A DNA stretch of 38,333 nt from Parasphingopyxis sp. (lineage in GTDB: Bacteria; Pseudomonadota; Alphaproteobacteria; Sphingomonadales; Sphingomonadaceae), in NCBI GenBank assembly GCA_041746035.1, contig JBGTHW010000069.1, positions 1 through 38,333 of the forward strand, written 5' to 3'. Within the stretch, counting starts at the first letter, position 1; every line of letters begins with the position of its first letter. Below the pieces are notes generated by a model that was not told the origin of the DNA, made no database searches, and saw only the letters and a program-made list of their open reading frames with translations. This document shows, piece after piece, positions 1 through 14,112 of this stretch. The position numbers were made by a program, and so were the translations under genes.

Positions 1-582
1 GCGGTCGGTCGCGGCTGTCAGAGCTGCCGAGCGTTCCCGCAATACAGCCCTCTCGCTATCCGCGATGGTATCGATGATCCGGGAGATCGCCGCCCCTGCC
101 TCGCTGTCCGCTGCGCTGTTATGCAGCGAGATCGCTTCCCAGTTGCGGTCCGCCGCCGCATAGCTTGCGGTGTTGGAGAGTTCTTCGGAATAATCCCGGA
201 ATTCGTTGGCAAGCGCGGCAACGCGGGCGTTTTGCTCCTCGTCGCGGCGTACAAGCCTTGCGAGCTGTTCGATCTGGCGAGCCGCCGCGCGCCATTCGTC
301 GCGATAGAGGGTGCCAAGGCCACGGTTGCTGTTGATCACAAAGCGCCCCAGCGCCGCCTCGGACCGCGCCACGGATCCTTCGGCATTGCGGGCCAGCATG
401 ATGACTTCGAAACTGTGGCGCTCGCGCTCGGCGGCGGCATCGCGTTCGGTGCTGGATTGGGCGAACAGATAGACCAGCGCGGCCAGCAGCAGCGCGAAAA
501 CCAGCGCAGCGGCACTGGCCATGCCGCGCCGCCGGACGGTTCTCGACGATGTATCGCCGGACGCTGTGCCCCATTCGCTCAT
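1..582 (-). CDS. N-terminal part of a membrane-anchored sensor protein (probable histidine kinase, CHASE3-like periplasmic helical domain); runs off the left window edge
   Basis: Hand translation from ATG at 582: MSEWGTASGDTSSRTVRRRGMASAAALVFALLLAALVYLFAQSSTERDAAAERERHSFEVIMLARNAEGSVARSEAALGRFVI... The frame is open to base 1, with one TM helix followed by an amphipathic helical domain. Not in the ORF track because it has no stop. Confidence 0.65.
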   Translation of the reverse strand, partial: MSEWGTASGDTSSRTVRRRGMASAAALVFALLLAALVYLFAQSSTERDAAAERERHSFEVIMLARNAEGSVARSEAALGRFVINSNRGLGTLYRDEWRAAARQIEQLARLVRRDEEQNARVAALANEFRDYSEELSNTASYAAADRNWEAISLHNSAADSEAGAAISRIIDTIADSERAVLRERSAALTAATDR

Positions 583-680
583 CGCGGGGACTATATCGCC
601 GGGGTGTTACGGCAAACAAGCGCGCGTTTGCGGGGATTAGCGTTAATTCGCGGATTCGCCGCGCAAATCGAACGGCCCGT

Positions 681-1937
681 CTATGAAATGGAGCCGGTCG
701 CGCGTCCGGCTGCCTCGAACATGCCGAGTATCTCCTCGACCTGTTCGGCGCTGTGTTCGGCGCAGAGCGAGCAGCGCAGCAGGTAAATGCCCGCCGGGGT
801 GGCCGGGGGGCGGGCCATATTCACATACAGGCCCTCTTCGAGCAGCGCCTGCCACATCCGCACCGCTTGCTCCTGATCGGGCAGCAGCACGGCAAGGATG
901 GCGCTTTCGGCTTCGTCGGTGGCGAGGGTGAAACCGAGATCGCGCAAGCCCTTGTGCAGCCGCTTGCTGTTCTCCCACAGATGCGCGCGCTTGTTTCCCG
1001 CATACATGAGTTTGCGGATCGAGGTCGTCGCGGTGGCCACAACCGAGGGGGGCAGCGAGGCGGTAAAAGTATAAGGGCGGCAGACGAGGCGGAGAAATTC
1101 GGTTTTGGGGTGGTTCGACACGCAGAAACCACCGACCGTGCCGACGCTTTTGGAGAAAGTGCCGATGATGAAATCGACCTGGTCGATCACGCCCTGCGCC
1201 TCGGCGACGCCGCGCCCGTTTTCGCCGAAAAAGCCCATCGAGTGGGCCTCGTCGACCAGCACCATCGCGCCGTGTTTCTTGGCGACCGCGACCATCTTGT
1301 CGAGCGGCGCGATATCGCCGAGCATCGAATAGACGCCTTCGAGCACGACCAGCTTGCCGGCTTCCGGGGGCAGTCGCCCGAGGCGCTTTTCGAGGTCTTC
1401 AGGATTATTGTGGCGGAAGCGGACGATCTCGGCATTGCCGAGAAAACAGCCGTCGTAAATGGACGCATGGCTGTCGGCATCGAGGATGACGTAATCCCCC
1501 TTGCCCGCCAGCGTCGAGACGATGCCGAGATTGGCCTGATAGCCGGTCGAAAAGACCATCGCATGGTCCATGGCGTAAAACTCTTTCAGCGCCTCCTCGC
1601 AGGCCTTGTGGCCCTGATAGGTGCCGTTAAGCACGCGGCTGCCGGTCGTGCCGGAACCGAACTTGTCCAGCGCATCCTTGCCCGCCTGGATTACATCGGG
1701 ATCGAAGGTCATGCCCATATAGTTGTATGTGCCGAGCAGGATCGTATTCTTGCCCTTGATCACCGCCTCGGTCGGCGATTTGACCTCGTCCATGACGATA
1801 TCGAACGGATCGCGGATGCCTTTCGCGAGAAGATCCTCGCGTTCCTTGATCAGCGCGTCGAATTTCTCGAAGAGGTCGCGCGACTTGACGTCGGTCGTCA
1901 TCGTATCCGCCTGCAACCGGCTGCCGGCCATGCTCAT
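681..1937 (-). CDS. spt: Serine palmitoyltransferase (AOS family, PLP-dependent)
   Basis: GTYNYMG, GSGTTGSRVLNGT, DADSHASI, DEAHSMG and GTFSKS (PLP Lys) motifs; ~418 aa; ATG overlaps the acp stop (ATGA); adjacent to acp. Confidence 0.93.
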   Translation of the reverse strand: MSMAGSRLQADTMTTDVKSRDLFEKFDALIKEREDLLAKGIRDPFDIVMDEVKSPTEAVIKGKNTILLGTYNYMGMTFDPDVIQAGKDALDKFGSGTTGSRVLNGTYQGHKACEEALKEFYAMDHAMVFSTGYQANLGIVSTLAGKGDYVILDADSHASIYDGCFLGNAEIVRFRHNNPEDLEKRLGRLPPEAGKLVVLEGVYSMLGDIAPLDKMVAVAKKHGAMVLVDEAHSMGFFGENGRGVAEAQGVIDQVDFIIGTFSKSVGTVGGFCVSNHPKTEFLRLVCRPYTFTASLPPSVVATATTSIRKLMYAGNKRAHLWENSKRLHKGLRDLGFTLATDEAESAILAVLLPDQEQAVRMWQALLEEGLYVNMARPPATPAGIYLLRCSLCAEHSAEQVEEILGMFEAAGRATGSIS

Positions 1938-2176
1938 TTCGTCAGTTCCTCGACCGCATCGACGAGCTGCCCGACATTTTCGATCTCGGCCTGCTGGTTC
2001 ATGGTGATGATGATATCGTATTCGTCCTCCACCGAGGCGACGAAATCCATCACCGTCAGGCTGTCCCATTCGAGGTCGCCGGCGAAGGTGGTCTCCTCCT
2101 TCAGCGCGACGCCTTTCTCGTTGAACGGCTCGATAAGTTCCTTCGTTTTCGCGAAGGTTTCTGCGCGGTTGGTCAT
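1934..2176 (-). CDS. acp: Acyl carrier protein (sphingolipid-associated type)
   Basis: 80 aa acidic protein with DLEWDSLTVMDF phosphopantetheine motif; translationally coupled to spt. Confidence 0.93.
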   Translation of the reverse strand: MTNRAETFAKTKELIEPFNEKGVALKEETTFAGDLEWDSLTVMDFVASVEDEYDIIITMNQQAEIENVGQLVDAVEELTK

Positions 2177-2247
2177 GATCTGTCCTTAACTGATTGCGCG
2201 AAGCTTGCCAAAGGAATGCGGCGGCAAGGCGGCGAAGGCTTGTCGAT

Positions 2248-3155
2248 TTAGGCGAGCCAGCCTTTGTGACGATACCATTCGACGGTTGCGGCAAGTCCCG
2301 CTGTCAGAGGGATTGACGGTGTCCAGAGGTTTTCGGGTAGGTGTTTCTCGGGATCGGAAACCCAGTCCGGATGGCAGAAATAGCGGGCCCGGTCCGGCGT
2401 CAGTTTGGCGTTCTGGCCACGAAGCAGGCGGTCGAGCCGGGCGCCGAGGCGGACGAGGGGCGCGGGCATCGATACCGGTCGTCCCCTTCCGCCGGTCGCC
2501 ATCCCCAGCTGTCGGGCGAATTCGGCATGGGACAGGCCGTTCGCGGTGCCGCCGTCGGGTTCGTAGATCGTTCCCATCGTTTCGGTTGCCTTCACACAGG
2601 CGAGCATGGCATCGCACAGATCGCGGACATGGATCAGCGACAGCCGTCCCGGTGGTGGCAGGACGACCCAGCCGCGTTTCGCCATTTTGAACAGGTCCAG
2701 CATCTCGATATCGCCGGGGCCATAGACTGCCGGGGGGCGCAGGATCGTCCAGTCGAGCGTCGATGCGCGCACCCGCTGCTCCGCCCCGGCCTTCGACCAG
2801 CCATAGTCCGACACCTCCGGTTCGCGCGCGGCGAGCGAGGAAATATGCAGGAATCGGGAAACCCCGTTGGCGGTGGCGGCATCGAGGGTGTTTTGCGTCC
2901 CCACGATATTGGCCTCGGCGAAAGCCGCGCGGTCCGGCGCGGTGACCCGTCCGGCGATATGGATCGCGGCATCGGCACCGCGCAGCAGCGCATCGAGCGC
3001 GTTTCTGTCCGCAAGATCGCCGGCTATCCATTCGACGCCGTGCCGTCCGGGCTGGTCGCGGCGTGTCAGTGTCCGGACATGATGGCCGGTTTCCGCCGCC
3101 CGTTTCAGAAATTCGCCGCCGACGAAACCGGTGCCGCCGGTAACGGCAAGCAGGC

Positions 3156-3159
<4 letters not shown>
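2248..3159 (-). CDS. NAD-dependent epimerase/dehydratase (extended SDR), likely ceramide reductase CerR-like
   Basis: TGGTGFVG Rossmann motif, YGWSK catalytic YxxxK, RPPAVYGPGD; GTG start overlaps the proB stop (GTGA); lies immediately upstream of acp-spt as cerR does in Caulobacter. Confidence 0.85.
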
Positions 3160-7952
<4,793 letters not shown>

Positions 7953-8136
7953 GTTTCTCTCTCCTGCACGTCATTTCGTTATCGAACCGACTTGCGTCCA
8001 ATTGCAACAAGGCGACGGCGAGACGCAAGCTCTGGCGACACGGCACCCGGAATTCCGTCGATTTTGCTCATGGTGTGACAATTTTGCACGGGACGGAAAT
8101 CCCTCGCGCGCGCAATACTCCCGGAGGTCTGGCGGC

Positions 8137-8730
8137 TCAGGCGTGTTCGGATTTCCAGCGTTCCATCGACTGGATCAGGCCGCGTTCGGCAATGTCGCGG
8201 CCCGTATCGCGTTTCAGGCCCAGCGAGCCGGAAAGCTGCCGCCCCATCAAGGCATCGCCGAGCGCGAGAAGAACAAGCTCCAGCGTGTCCTCATGCAGGG
8301 TGCGGTCCTCATGGCCGCCCTCGCCGAGCTCGTCGACGAGTTCGTGGATTTTCTCGACGATCGGGTCGAGCGCGTCCTCATTGCCGGAAACCAGCATCCA
8401 GGAGGCAAGCGCACCCGCGCCTTCCTTGTCGAAAGCATCGAAGGTGAGATCGACGATATCGCGGGGCGTACCTTCGCCCGCGCGAGATTTATGGACGGCT
8501 TCGCCGATCGTGTCGCAGATGGTTTCGGCCAGATAGCCGGCCAGCGCCTTTTGCAGCCCCGAGGCCGATCCGAAATGATGCAGGAGATTGGCGTGCGTCC
8601 GCCCGATCCGTCCGGCAACGGCTTTCAGCGTCACCGATTGCGGGCCGGTCTCGATCAGCAGTTCGCGCGCGGCCTGCAACGCGGCGGAACGGCTTTCTTC
8701 GGGGGTCAGGCGTTTTTTCACTATTGACAT
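8137..8730 (-). CDS. TetR/AcrR family transcriptional regulator
   Basis: N-terminal HTH (AALQAARELLIETGPQSVTLKAVAGRIGRTHANLLHHFGS); 197 aa. Confidence 0.93.
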   Translation of the reverse strand: MSIVKKRLTPEESRSAALQAARELLIETGPQSVTLKAVAGRIGRTHANLLHHFGSASGLQKALAGYLAETICDTIGEAVHKSRAGEGTPRDIVDLTFDAFDKEGAGALASWMLVSGNEDALDPIVEKIHELVDELGEGGHEDRTLHEDTLELVLLALGDALMGRQLSGSLGLKRDTGRDIAERGLIQSMERWKSEHA

Positions 8731-8741
8731 CTATGTAAGTA
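8722..8741. promoter_or_regulatory. Candidate TetR operator overlapping a TTGACA -35 element and the tetR start codon
   Basis: Imperfect palindrome TATTGACATCTATGTAAGTA (core ACAT-CT-ATGT) at the edge of the 63-bp divergent intergenic region. Confidence 0.5.
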
Positions 8742-8793
8742 ACAATCATTTATGGTGCATTGCACAACGCGTCAGTTCAACGGAGTCGCAACC

Positions 8794-9666
8794 ATGAACA
8801 CAAATAAAACCCCTGTCGACCTGACAATCACGCCAAGAGACAGACGCTTCGGTCGTGAGGCGAAGCAAAGCCGCTGGTGGATGAACAACGATCCCATCGC
8901 CACGGCTTTTTATAATGCGCTGTCGGTGACCTTTCCGAAGGGCGAGGCCTATTTCGTGGAAGCCGTGAAGGCGCATCGCGATGGCGTGCCGCCCAAGCTG
9001 GCCGGTGAAATCCGTGCCTTTGTCCAGCAGGAAGTGATGCACAGCCGCGAGCATGTCGCATTCAACCGCAAGGTGTCAGAGGCCGGATACGATGTGTCAG
9101 AGCTTGAGCGTGTCGTCGATGAATCGCTGGCAGCGACAAGCAACCGTGCGCCGATTGTCGATCTGTGCGTCACGATGGCGCTTGAGCATTACACCGCGAT
9201 TCTCGCTCACCAGTTCCTGTCCGATCCCGATCTGCTGCATGGCGCGGAACAGGAATGGGGCGATTTGTGGCGCTGGCACGCGATCGAGGAGATCGAGCAT
9301 AAGGGCGTCGCGTTCGATACCTGGATGCACGCGACGAAGGACTGGACGCGCTGGAAGCGCTGGTCGGTCAAATCGCGCGTCATGCTGCTCGTGACGATGA
9401 TGTTCTGGCCACGCCGCGTGCGCGGGATGCGCGACTTGCTGCGGCAGGACGGCATTACCGGCTTCAGGGCGTTCGCGCGCATCAACCGGTATCTGTGGGG
9501 CAAACCCGGCCAATTGCGCCGCGCGCTGAAGCCCTGGCTCGCCTATTTCATGCCGGGATTCCATCCCTGGAACCATGACGACCGCGCGCTGATCCGGCTG
9601 ACGGACAGCGACTATGAAGCGGCGGTGATGCCTAGGGCGGAGCCGGAGAGGGCGATGGCGGCATAA
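8794..9666 (+). CDS. Predicted metal-dependent hydrolase (Metal_hydrol / ferritin-like helical family)
   Basis: FPKGEAYF, QEVMHSREH, ALEHYTA and WHAIEEIEHKGVAFD motifs, C-terminal PGFHPW; GGAG RBS upstream. Confidence 0.88.
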   Translation: MNTNKTPVDLTITPRDRRFGREAKQSRWWMNNDPIATAFYNALSVTFPKGEAYFVEAVKAHRDGVPPKLAGEIRAFVQQEVMHSREHVAFNRKVSEAGYDVSELERVVDESLAATSNRAPIVDLCVTMALEHYTAILAHQFLSDPDLLHGAEQEWGDLWRWHAIEEIEHKGVAFDTWMHATKDWTRWKRWSVKSRVMLLVTMMFWPRRVRGMRDLLRQDGITGFRAFARINRYLWGKPGQLRRALKPWLAYFMPGFHPWNHDDRALIRLTDSDYEAAVMPRAEPERAMAA

Positions 9667-9674
9667 TTCAAATT

Positions 9675-9712
9675 CTCCCCCAGTGCGCTTCGCGCTGGGG
9701 AGGACTTTTTTT
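9675..9712 (+). terminator. Intrinsic terminator between the convergent hydrolase and GNAT genes
   Basis: CTCCCCCAGTGCG-CTT-CGCGCTGGGGAGG hairpin followed by a T7 run. Confidence 0.8.
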
Positions 9713-10268
9713 ACGCCGCCAGTTTCGGCACCATAAACGGGGTCTCGCTCTCCACATCGCCCTCGCAATCCAGCTCGAACAGCGCGCACTCGACCTCGCC
9801 GCCGCGCGCCTTCGAGTGGCGCGGGGCCGTGCTGTAGCGCTGGAAGCCGAGCTTTTCGAGTACCCGGCCCGAACGCGGATTGTCCGTGAAATGGCCGGAG
9901 ACGACGCGCCTGTAGCCCAAGCCAACGCGCACATTTTCCAGCACGGCATGGCCTGCCTCGGCGACGAGGCCTTCGCCCCAGCGATCCGGCACCAGCCAGT
10001 AGCCGATTTCCGGCGCGCCCTCGCAATCGTGAAAGCCGACAGCGCCGATAATCCGCCCCGGCTGTTCGATCCGGTCGGTGATCAGGAAATTCGGATGGCG
10101 CAAGTCCGTCGGGCGCGAGAGGAAGTCTTCGGCATCCTTGAGCGCATAGGGCCAGGGCGCGGTCGCCAGATTGCGAACGATCCGCTCATCGGCAATCGCC
10201 TTCGCAAGCTCCGGCGCATCCTCGATCCACCCCGGTCTCAGCAACAGTCTTCTGGCAATGGCAAACAT
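9711..10268 (-). CDS. GNAT N-acetyltransferase, RimJ/RimL family
   Basis: RLLLRP start, EIGYWLVPDRWGEG, DNPRSGRVLEKLGF; GGAGAG RBS. Confidence 0.9.
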   Translation of the reverse strand: MFAIARRLLLRPGWIEDAPELAKAIADERIVRNLATAPWPYALKDAEDFLSRPTDLRHPNFLITDRIEQPGRIIGAVGFHDCEGAPEIGYWLVPDRWGEGLVAEAGHAVLENVRVGLGYRRVVSGHFTDNPRSGRVLEKLGFQRYSTAPRHSKARGGEVECALFELDCEGDVESETPFMVPKLAA

Positions 10269-10339
10269 GTCTCTCTCCATGCGCCCCCGATGGTTCCGCC
10301 TGTAACGGAACACCGTGACACTCATATGAGGGAGATCGT

Positions 10340-10371
10340 AAAAAAGGGAGACCGGGTCAGCCCGTCTCCCT
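10340..10371 (-). terminator. Intrinsic terminator after rpmA (possibly conditional)
   Basis: Minus strand AGGGAGAC-GGGCTGACCCG-GTCTCCCT followed by a T-run. Confidence 0.8.
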
Positions 10372-10436
10372 CAAGCGGCCCCGTTTCCGGAACCATCGGG
10401 CTGCCCATCCCTGGAACAGCCCGTTATCGCCTGTTC

Positions 10437-10703
10437 CTATTCCGCCGCTTCGGCCATTGCCACGCCCACATAGGTTCGGTTGTTCCGTCCCTTTTTGAAC
10501 GCGACCTTGCCGTCACAGAGCGCGAAAATCGTATGATCGCGACCGAGACCGACATTGTCCGCCGGAATCCATTTGGTGCCGCGCTGGCGCACGATAATGT
10601 TGCCGGCAACGACACTCTCGCCGCCGAATTTCTTCACACCGAGATATTTGGGGTTGGAATCGCGACCGTTGCGCGAGGAACCGCCTGCTTTCTTATGTGC
10701 CAT
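10437..10703 (-). CDS. rpmA: 50S ribosomal protein bL27
   Basis: [16 protein letters not shown]...[10 protein letters not shown]...GRDHTIFA. Confidence 0.99.
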   Translation of the reverse strand: MAHKKAGGSSRNGRDSNPKYLGVKKFGGESVVAGNIIVRQRGTKWIPADNVGLGRDHTIFALCDGKVAFKKGRNNRTYVGVAMAEAAE

Positions 10704-10705
10704 GG

Positions 10706-11227
10706 TTACGCGTCCTTATCGTCTGTCTTTTTGGCAGCAGCTTTTTTTGCCGGAGCCTTCTTTGCAGGTGCTTTGGTATCAGCGCCTTTGGAAGTCGCCG
10801 CCTTCTTGGCAGGCGCTTTCTTTGCCGGGGCCTTCTCGGACGGCGCTGCTTTGGCCTCGGCCGGTGCTGCTTTGGCTTCCGTATCGTCCGTCTTTGCTTC
10901 GGCTTTCTTCGGGGCAGCCTTCTTCGATTTGTCGCCGATGCCGGTGATGCGCAGCGTCGTCAGATACTGGCGATGGCCGTTGCGGCGGCGGTAATTCTGG
11001 CGGCGGCGCTTTTTGAAGACGATGACCTTCTCGCCGCGGCCCTGTTCCAGGATCTCGGCATTGACCTTGAGGTCCTTGGTGTCCTTCATGCTGTCGCCCT
11101 CACCGGCCATCAGCACATCGTCGAACGCCACGGCATCGCCGGCATCGCCCGCGATCTTTTCAATGGCAATGACGTCACCCTCGGTGACGCGATACTGTTT
11201 GCCGCCAGTGCGCACTATTGCGAACAT
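10706..11227 (-). CDS. rplU: 50S ribosomal protein bL21 with long Ala/Lys/Pro-rich C-terminal tail
   Basis: [14 protein letters not shown]...[19 protein letters not shown], then ~75 aa low-complexity tail with repeated KAPAKK. Confidence 0.98.
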   Translation of the reverse strand: MFAIVRTGGKQYRVTEGDVIAIEKIAGDAGDAVAFDDVLMAGEGDSMKDTKDLKVNAEILEQGRGEKVIVFKKRRRQNYRRRNGHRQYLTTLRITGIGDKSKKAAPKKAEAKTDDTEAKAAPAEAKAAPSEKAPAKKAPAKKAATSKGADTKAPAKKAPAKKAAAKKTDDKDA

Positions 11228-11349
11228 AGTTCCTGCTTCTCTTTGTTTTGCTGTCGCGCACAGAATCGGCCACGGCCAAGCCCGAGGGCGGGAAAGAGGG
11301 GCAATTATGGGATAGCGGCGGCTATGTCAACCGATGCACCCGCAGAAAA

Positions 11350-12195
11350 TCAGGCGGCCTCGGCCTTGTCTGCGTCCCTGTCCCGGCCCAGAAATTCCCG
11401 GATTACCGTTAGGCATTCCTCGCGGTGGCTGAGCATGAAGAGATGGCCGCCGCCCTCCAGTATTATCAGCTCGCTATTGGGGATTAGCGTCCGGAGAAAT
11501 TTGCCGTTGATAACCGGCACGATCTTGTCGGAACCGCCCATCATGATGAGCGTCGGTTTCGACAGGAACGGCAGGAAAGGCGCACTTGTCCATCCCGCCA
11601 TGGCCAGCAGCTGATAGAAATAGCCGATTTTGGAGGGCGGCTTCATGCGACCCGCATGATCGCTCTTGCCGTCGGCAGAGCCGCCATAGAGCGTCTCGAA
11701 ATTGCGCCGCATATAGTTCGGATCGATATAGCGGCGCGGATCGGCCATTTTGCGGAGCGAGGCTATCTTGCCCGGTATCATCAGCATCCCCGCCGTCGTA
11801 GCGGCGAGGATCAGCCGGTTGACGCGGCTGCCATGCTGGAGCGCGAAGTGCTGCGCCATTGCGCCGCCCCAGCTGACACCCATGACGTCGACCAGTGGCA
11901 TGTCGAAGCGATCCAGCAACAGCGCGGAAATCCGCGCCATGAGAATCGCATTATAGGGAATGGCGGGTTCCGGCGATCCGCCGATTCCCGGCATGTCGAA
12001 AATCAGGAAATCGCGATCGTCCATGTCTTCGGCGAACGGCGCAACCAGTTCTATATTCGCGCCGATGCCGTTGAAGAACAGCAGCGGCAGATTGCCGCTC
12101 GGTGGCCCCTCATATTTCCAATGCGCGACGCGCAGCTGGCGGCCATCGATGGTTTCGAGGCTGTAGGATGGTTCGCGGGATTTGGTTTTGGGCAT
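11350..12195 (-). CDS. phaZ: Intracellular poly(3-hydroxyalkanoate) depolymerase, Pseudomonas PhaZ type
   Basis: PLLFFNGIGANIEL, FDMPGIGGS, lipase box GVSWGG, GYFYQL..GWTS, GGHLF; directly downstream of phaC. Confidence 0.88.
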   Translation of the reverse strand: MPKTKSREPSYSLETIDGRQLRVAHWKYEGPPSGNLPLLFFNGIGANIELVAPFAEDMDDRDFLIFDMPGIGGSPEPAIPYNAILMARISALLLDRFDMPLVDVMGVSWGGAMAQHFALQHGSRVNRLILAATTAGMLMIPGKIASLRKMADPRRYIDPNYMRRNFETLYGGSADGKSDHAGRMKPPSKIGYFYQLLAMAGWTSAPFLPFLSKPTLIMMGGSDKIVPVINGKFLRTLIPNSELIILEGGGHLFMLSHREECLTVIREFLGRDRDADKAEAA

Positions 12196-12217
12196 GATTA
12201 TCCCCTATTCATTCACG

Positions 12218-12308
12218 GTCATTGCGAGACGCGAAGCGACGCGGCAATCCAGAGCGGCTGGCGACTTCATCCGGGTGCTCCGGATTGCTTCGCTGCGCTC
12301 GCAATGAC
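12218..12308. repeat. REP/RPE-like palindromic element
   Basis: GTCATTGCGAG...CGAAGCGACGCGGCAATCC...GGATTGCTTCGCTGCGCTCGCAATGAC: 11-bp terminal inverted repeat with nested GCAATCC/GGATTGC arms. Confidence 0.85.
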
Positions 12309-12328
12309 GAGTATTTTCCTGACAGATC

Positions 12329-14017
12329 CTATTCCAGAACATACATCCCCGGCGCATTCTCCATCGCCTGGTTCTTTTTGCTTCCCACGGTCTTCGGCGC
12401 GGGCTTCTTGTTGCCGGAGCGGCTCTGTAGCCACTCCATCCAGTAAGGCCACCAGCTATCGGCGATTTCTTCGGTGCCCTCCATCCATTTATCCACGGAT
12501 TTGGGCGGTTTTCCGGATTTTTTCGATTTATAATAGCGCGCTTTGGGGTTGCCCGGCGGGTTCAGGATCGCCTGCATATGGCCCGAATGCGAAAGCACGA
12601 ACTCGACATTCTTCGAGCCGAACAGCTGCGTCGAGCGATAGCAGGCGCGCCAGGGGGTGATGTGATCGGTCACGCCGCCCAGAATGAAGATATCGCTTTT
12701 GACTTTGGTGAGATCGACCGTGTGTCCGGCAATCTCGTATGTTCCCGGCTCGGCATAGGCATTCGCCTCGAACAGATCGAGGAAATCGCCCATCAGTGTC
12801 GCCGACAGGTTGGTCGCGTCGGCATTCCAGAACAGCACGTCGAAGGCCGGCGGGTCTTCGCCCATCAGATAATTATTGATGACATAGTTCCAGATCAGGT
12901 CGTTGGGCCGCAGCCACGCGAAGCCGCGCGCCAGGGAACTTCCCTCGATCACCCCTTTCTTCGCTGCGCGCTGCTTGGCAAGCGCGATACCGTTCTCCGA
13001 TACCAGCGAGCTTGCTTCGGTATCGCCTGGTTTCGGCTCCAGCACGCAGACCATCATCGTCGCCGCGCCTATCCGGTCGTCCCTCTCCGACGCCAGCTTC
13101 GACAGCAGCACCGACATCGTCTGCCCACCCGAGCACCCGCCCGAGACATTCACCGTGTCGGACCCGGTAATTTCCTGCACGACATCGAGCGCTTCGATAC
13201 AGGCATCTACATAGGCATCCATGCCCCAGTTACCCTGATCGCCGGTCGGGTTGCGCCAGGATATGACGAAAGTCTGGATGCCGTGATCGACCTGGAACTT
13301 CACCACGCTTTTTTCAGGCGAAAGATCGTTGATATACATTTTGTTGATCTGCGGCGGGATGGTGAGCTGCGGGATTTCATGCACCTCGTCGGTGGCCGGG
13401 GCGTATTGGATCAGCTCCATGATCTCATTGCGGAACACGACAGCCCCCGGCGAGCAGGCGACATTCTCACCGAGCTTGAACGGCTTTTTGTCGACCTGGC
13501 TGACCATGCCGTTATTTTGCGTCATGTCCCGATAGGCATTTTTCAGACCCTTGATCAGCGACATCCCGCCGCTGTCGATCACCCGTTTCTGCGCCATCGG
13601 GTTGCCAGCGAGCGTATTGGTTGGCGCAAGCGCATCGATAACGATCTGCGAGATGAAGGATGCGCGGTCGCGCTCGATCGCATCGAGCTCGAGATCGTCG
13701 ATCCAGTGTTTGGTGTTCTTCTCGACCGCGAGAAAATACTGCATGCCGGCCTTGTAAAACGGATTGAAATGGAAGGCCGCGTCCATAAAGCGCCGGTCCT
13801 TCTTGTTAGGCTCCAGCTCGGACTTGCCCGTCATGATCTGGATAACATCCTCGGAGAAATTGCGCGCATGCTTAATCGCCTTTTGCGGGTCGCTTGCCGT
13901 CTGGCGCAGCATCATCGCAATTCCGCCGACAAAATCCTCCCGCGCCAGACCGACCAGCGGCCCCAGCGCCATTGTGACTTCGGGCTCGTCCTCGAATGTG
14001 GTGCTGTTTTCAGCCAT
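12329..14017 (-). CDS. phaC: PHA synthase, class II-like single subunit
   Basis: DRRF, ALAPTN, NEIMELIQY, PPQINKMYINDLSPEKS, ISWRNP, GGCSGG catalytic Cys box, WLRPNDLIWNYVINNYL, DHITPW, SGHMQAILNPP, SWWPYW. Confidence 0.93.
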   Translation of the reverse strand: MAENSTTFEDEPEVTMALGPLVGLAREDFVGGIAMMLRQTASDPQKAIKHARNFSEDVIQIMTGKSELEPNKKDRRFMDAAFHFNPFYKAGMQYFLAVEKNTKHWIDDLELDAIERDRASFISQIVIDALAPTNTLAGNPMAQKRVIDSGGMSLIKGLKNAYRDMTQNNGMVSQVDKKPFKLGENVACSPGAVVFRNEIMELIQYAPATDEVHEIPQLTIPPQINKMYINDLSPEKSVVKFQVDHGIQTFVISWRNPTGDQGNWGMDAYVDACIEALDVVQEITGSDTVNVSGGCSGGQTMSVLLSKLASERDDRIGAATMMVCVLEPKPGDTEASSLVSENGIALAKQRAAKKGVIEGSSLARGFAWLRPNDLIWNYVINNYLMGEDPPAFDVLFWNADATNLSATLMGDFLDLFEANAYAEPGTYEIAGHTVDLTKVKSDIFILGGVTDHITPWRACYRSTQLFGSKNVEFVLSHSGHMQAILNPPGNPKARYYKSKKSGKPPKSVDKWMEGTEEIADSWWPYWMEWLQSRSGNKKPAPKTVGSKKNQAMENAPGMYVLE

Positions 14018-14112
14018 CGCTCGTCCTCTCATTTCTTTTCTTTGGAGAGTGCGGCGGAGGGGCGGCGCGTGTCAAATGATTGCTGTGCCGGAATGGGATG
14101 GGGTGCCTGTTT

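Noticed and set aside
1938-2294. 537 aa version of spt overlapping acp
   Set aside because: The upstream part is an alternative frame of acp; the true start is at the ATGA overlap (1937) or slightly downstream
10706-10935. bL21 tail as a fused PhaF phasin belonging to the neighbouring pha cluster
   Set aside because: No phasin domain is present; low-complexity similarity only, and adjacency is likely coincidental
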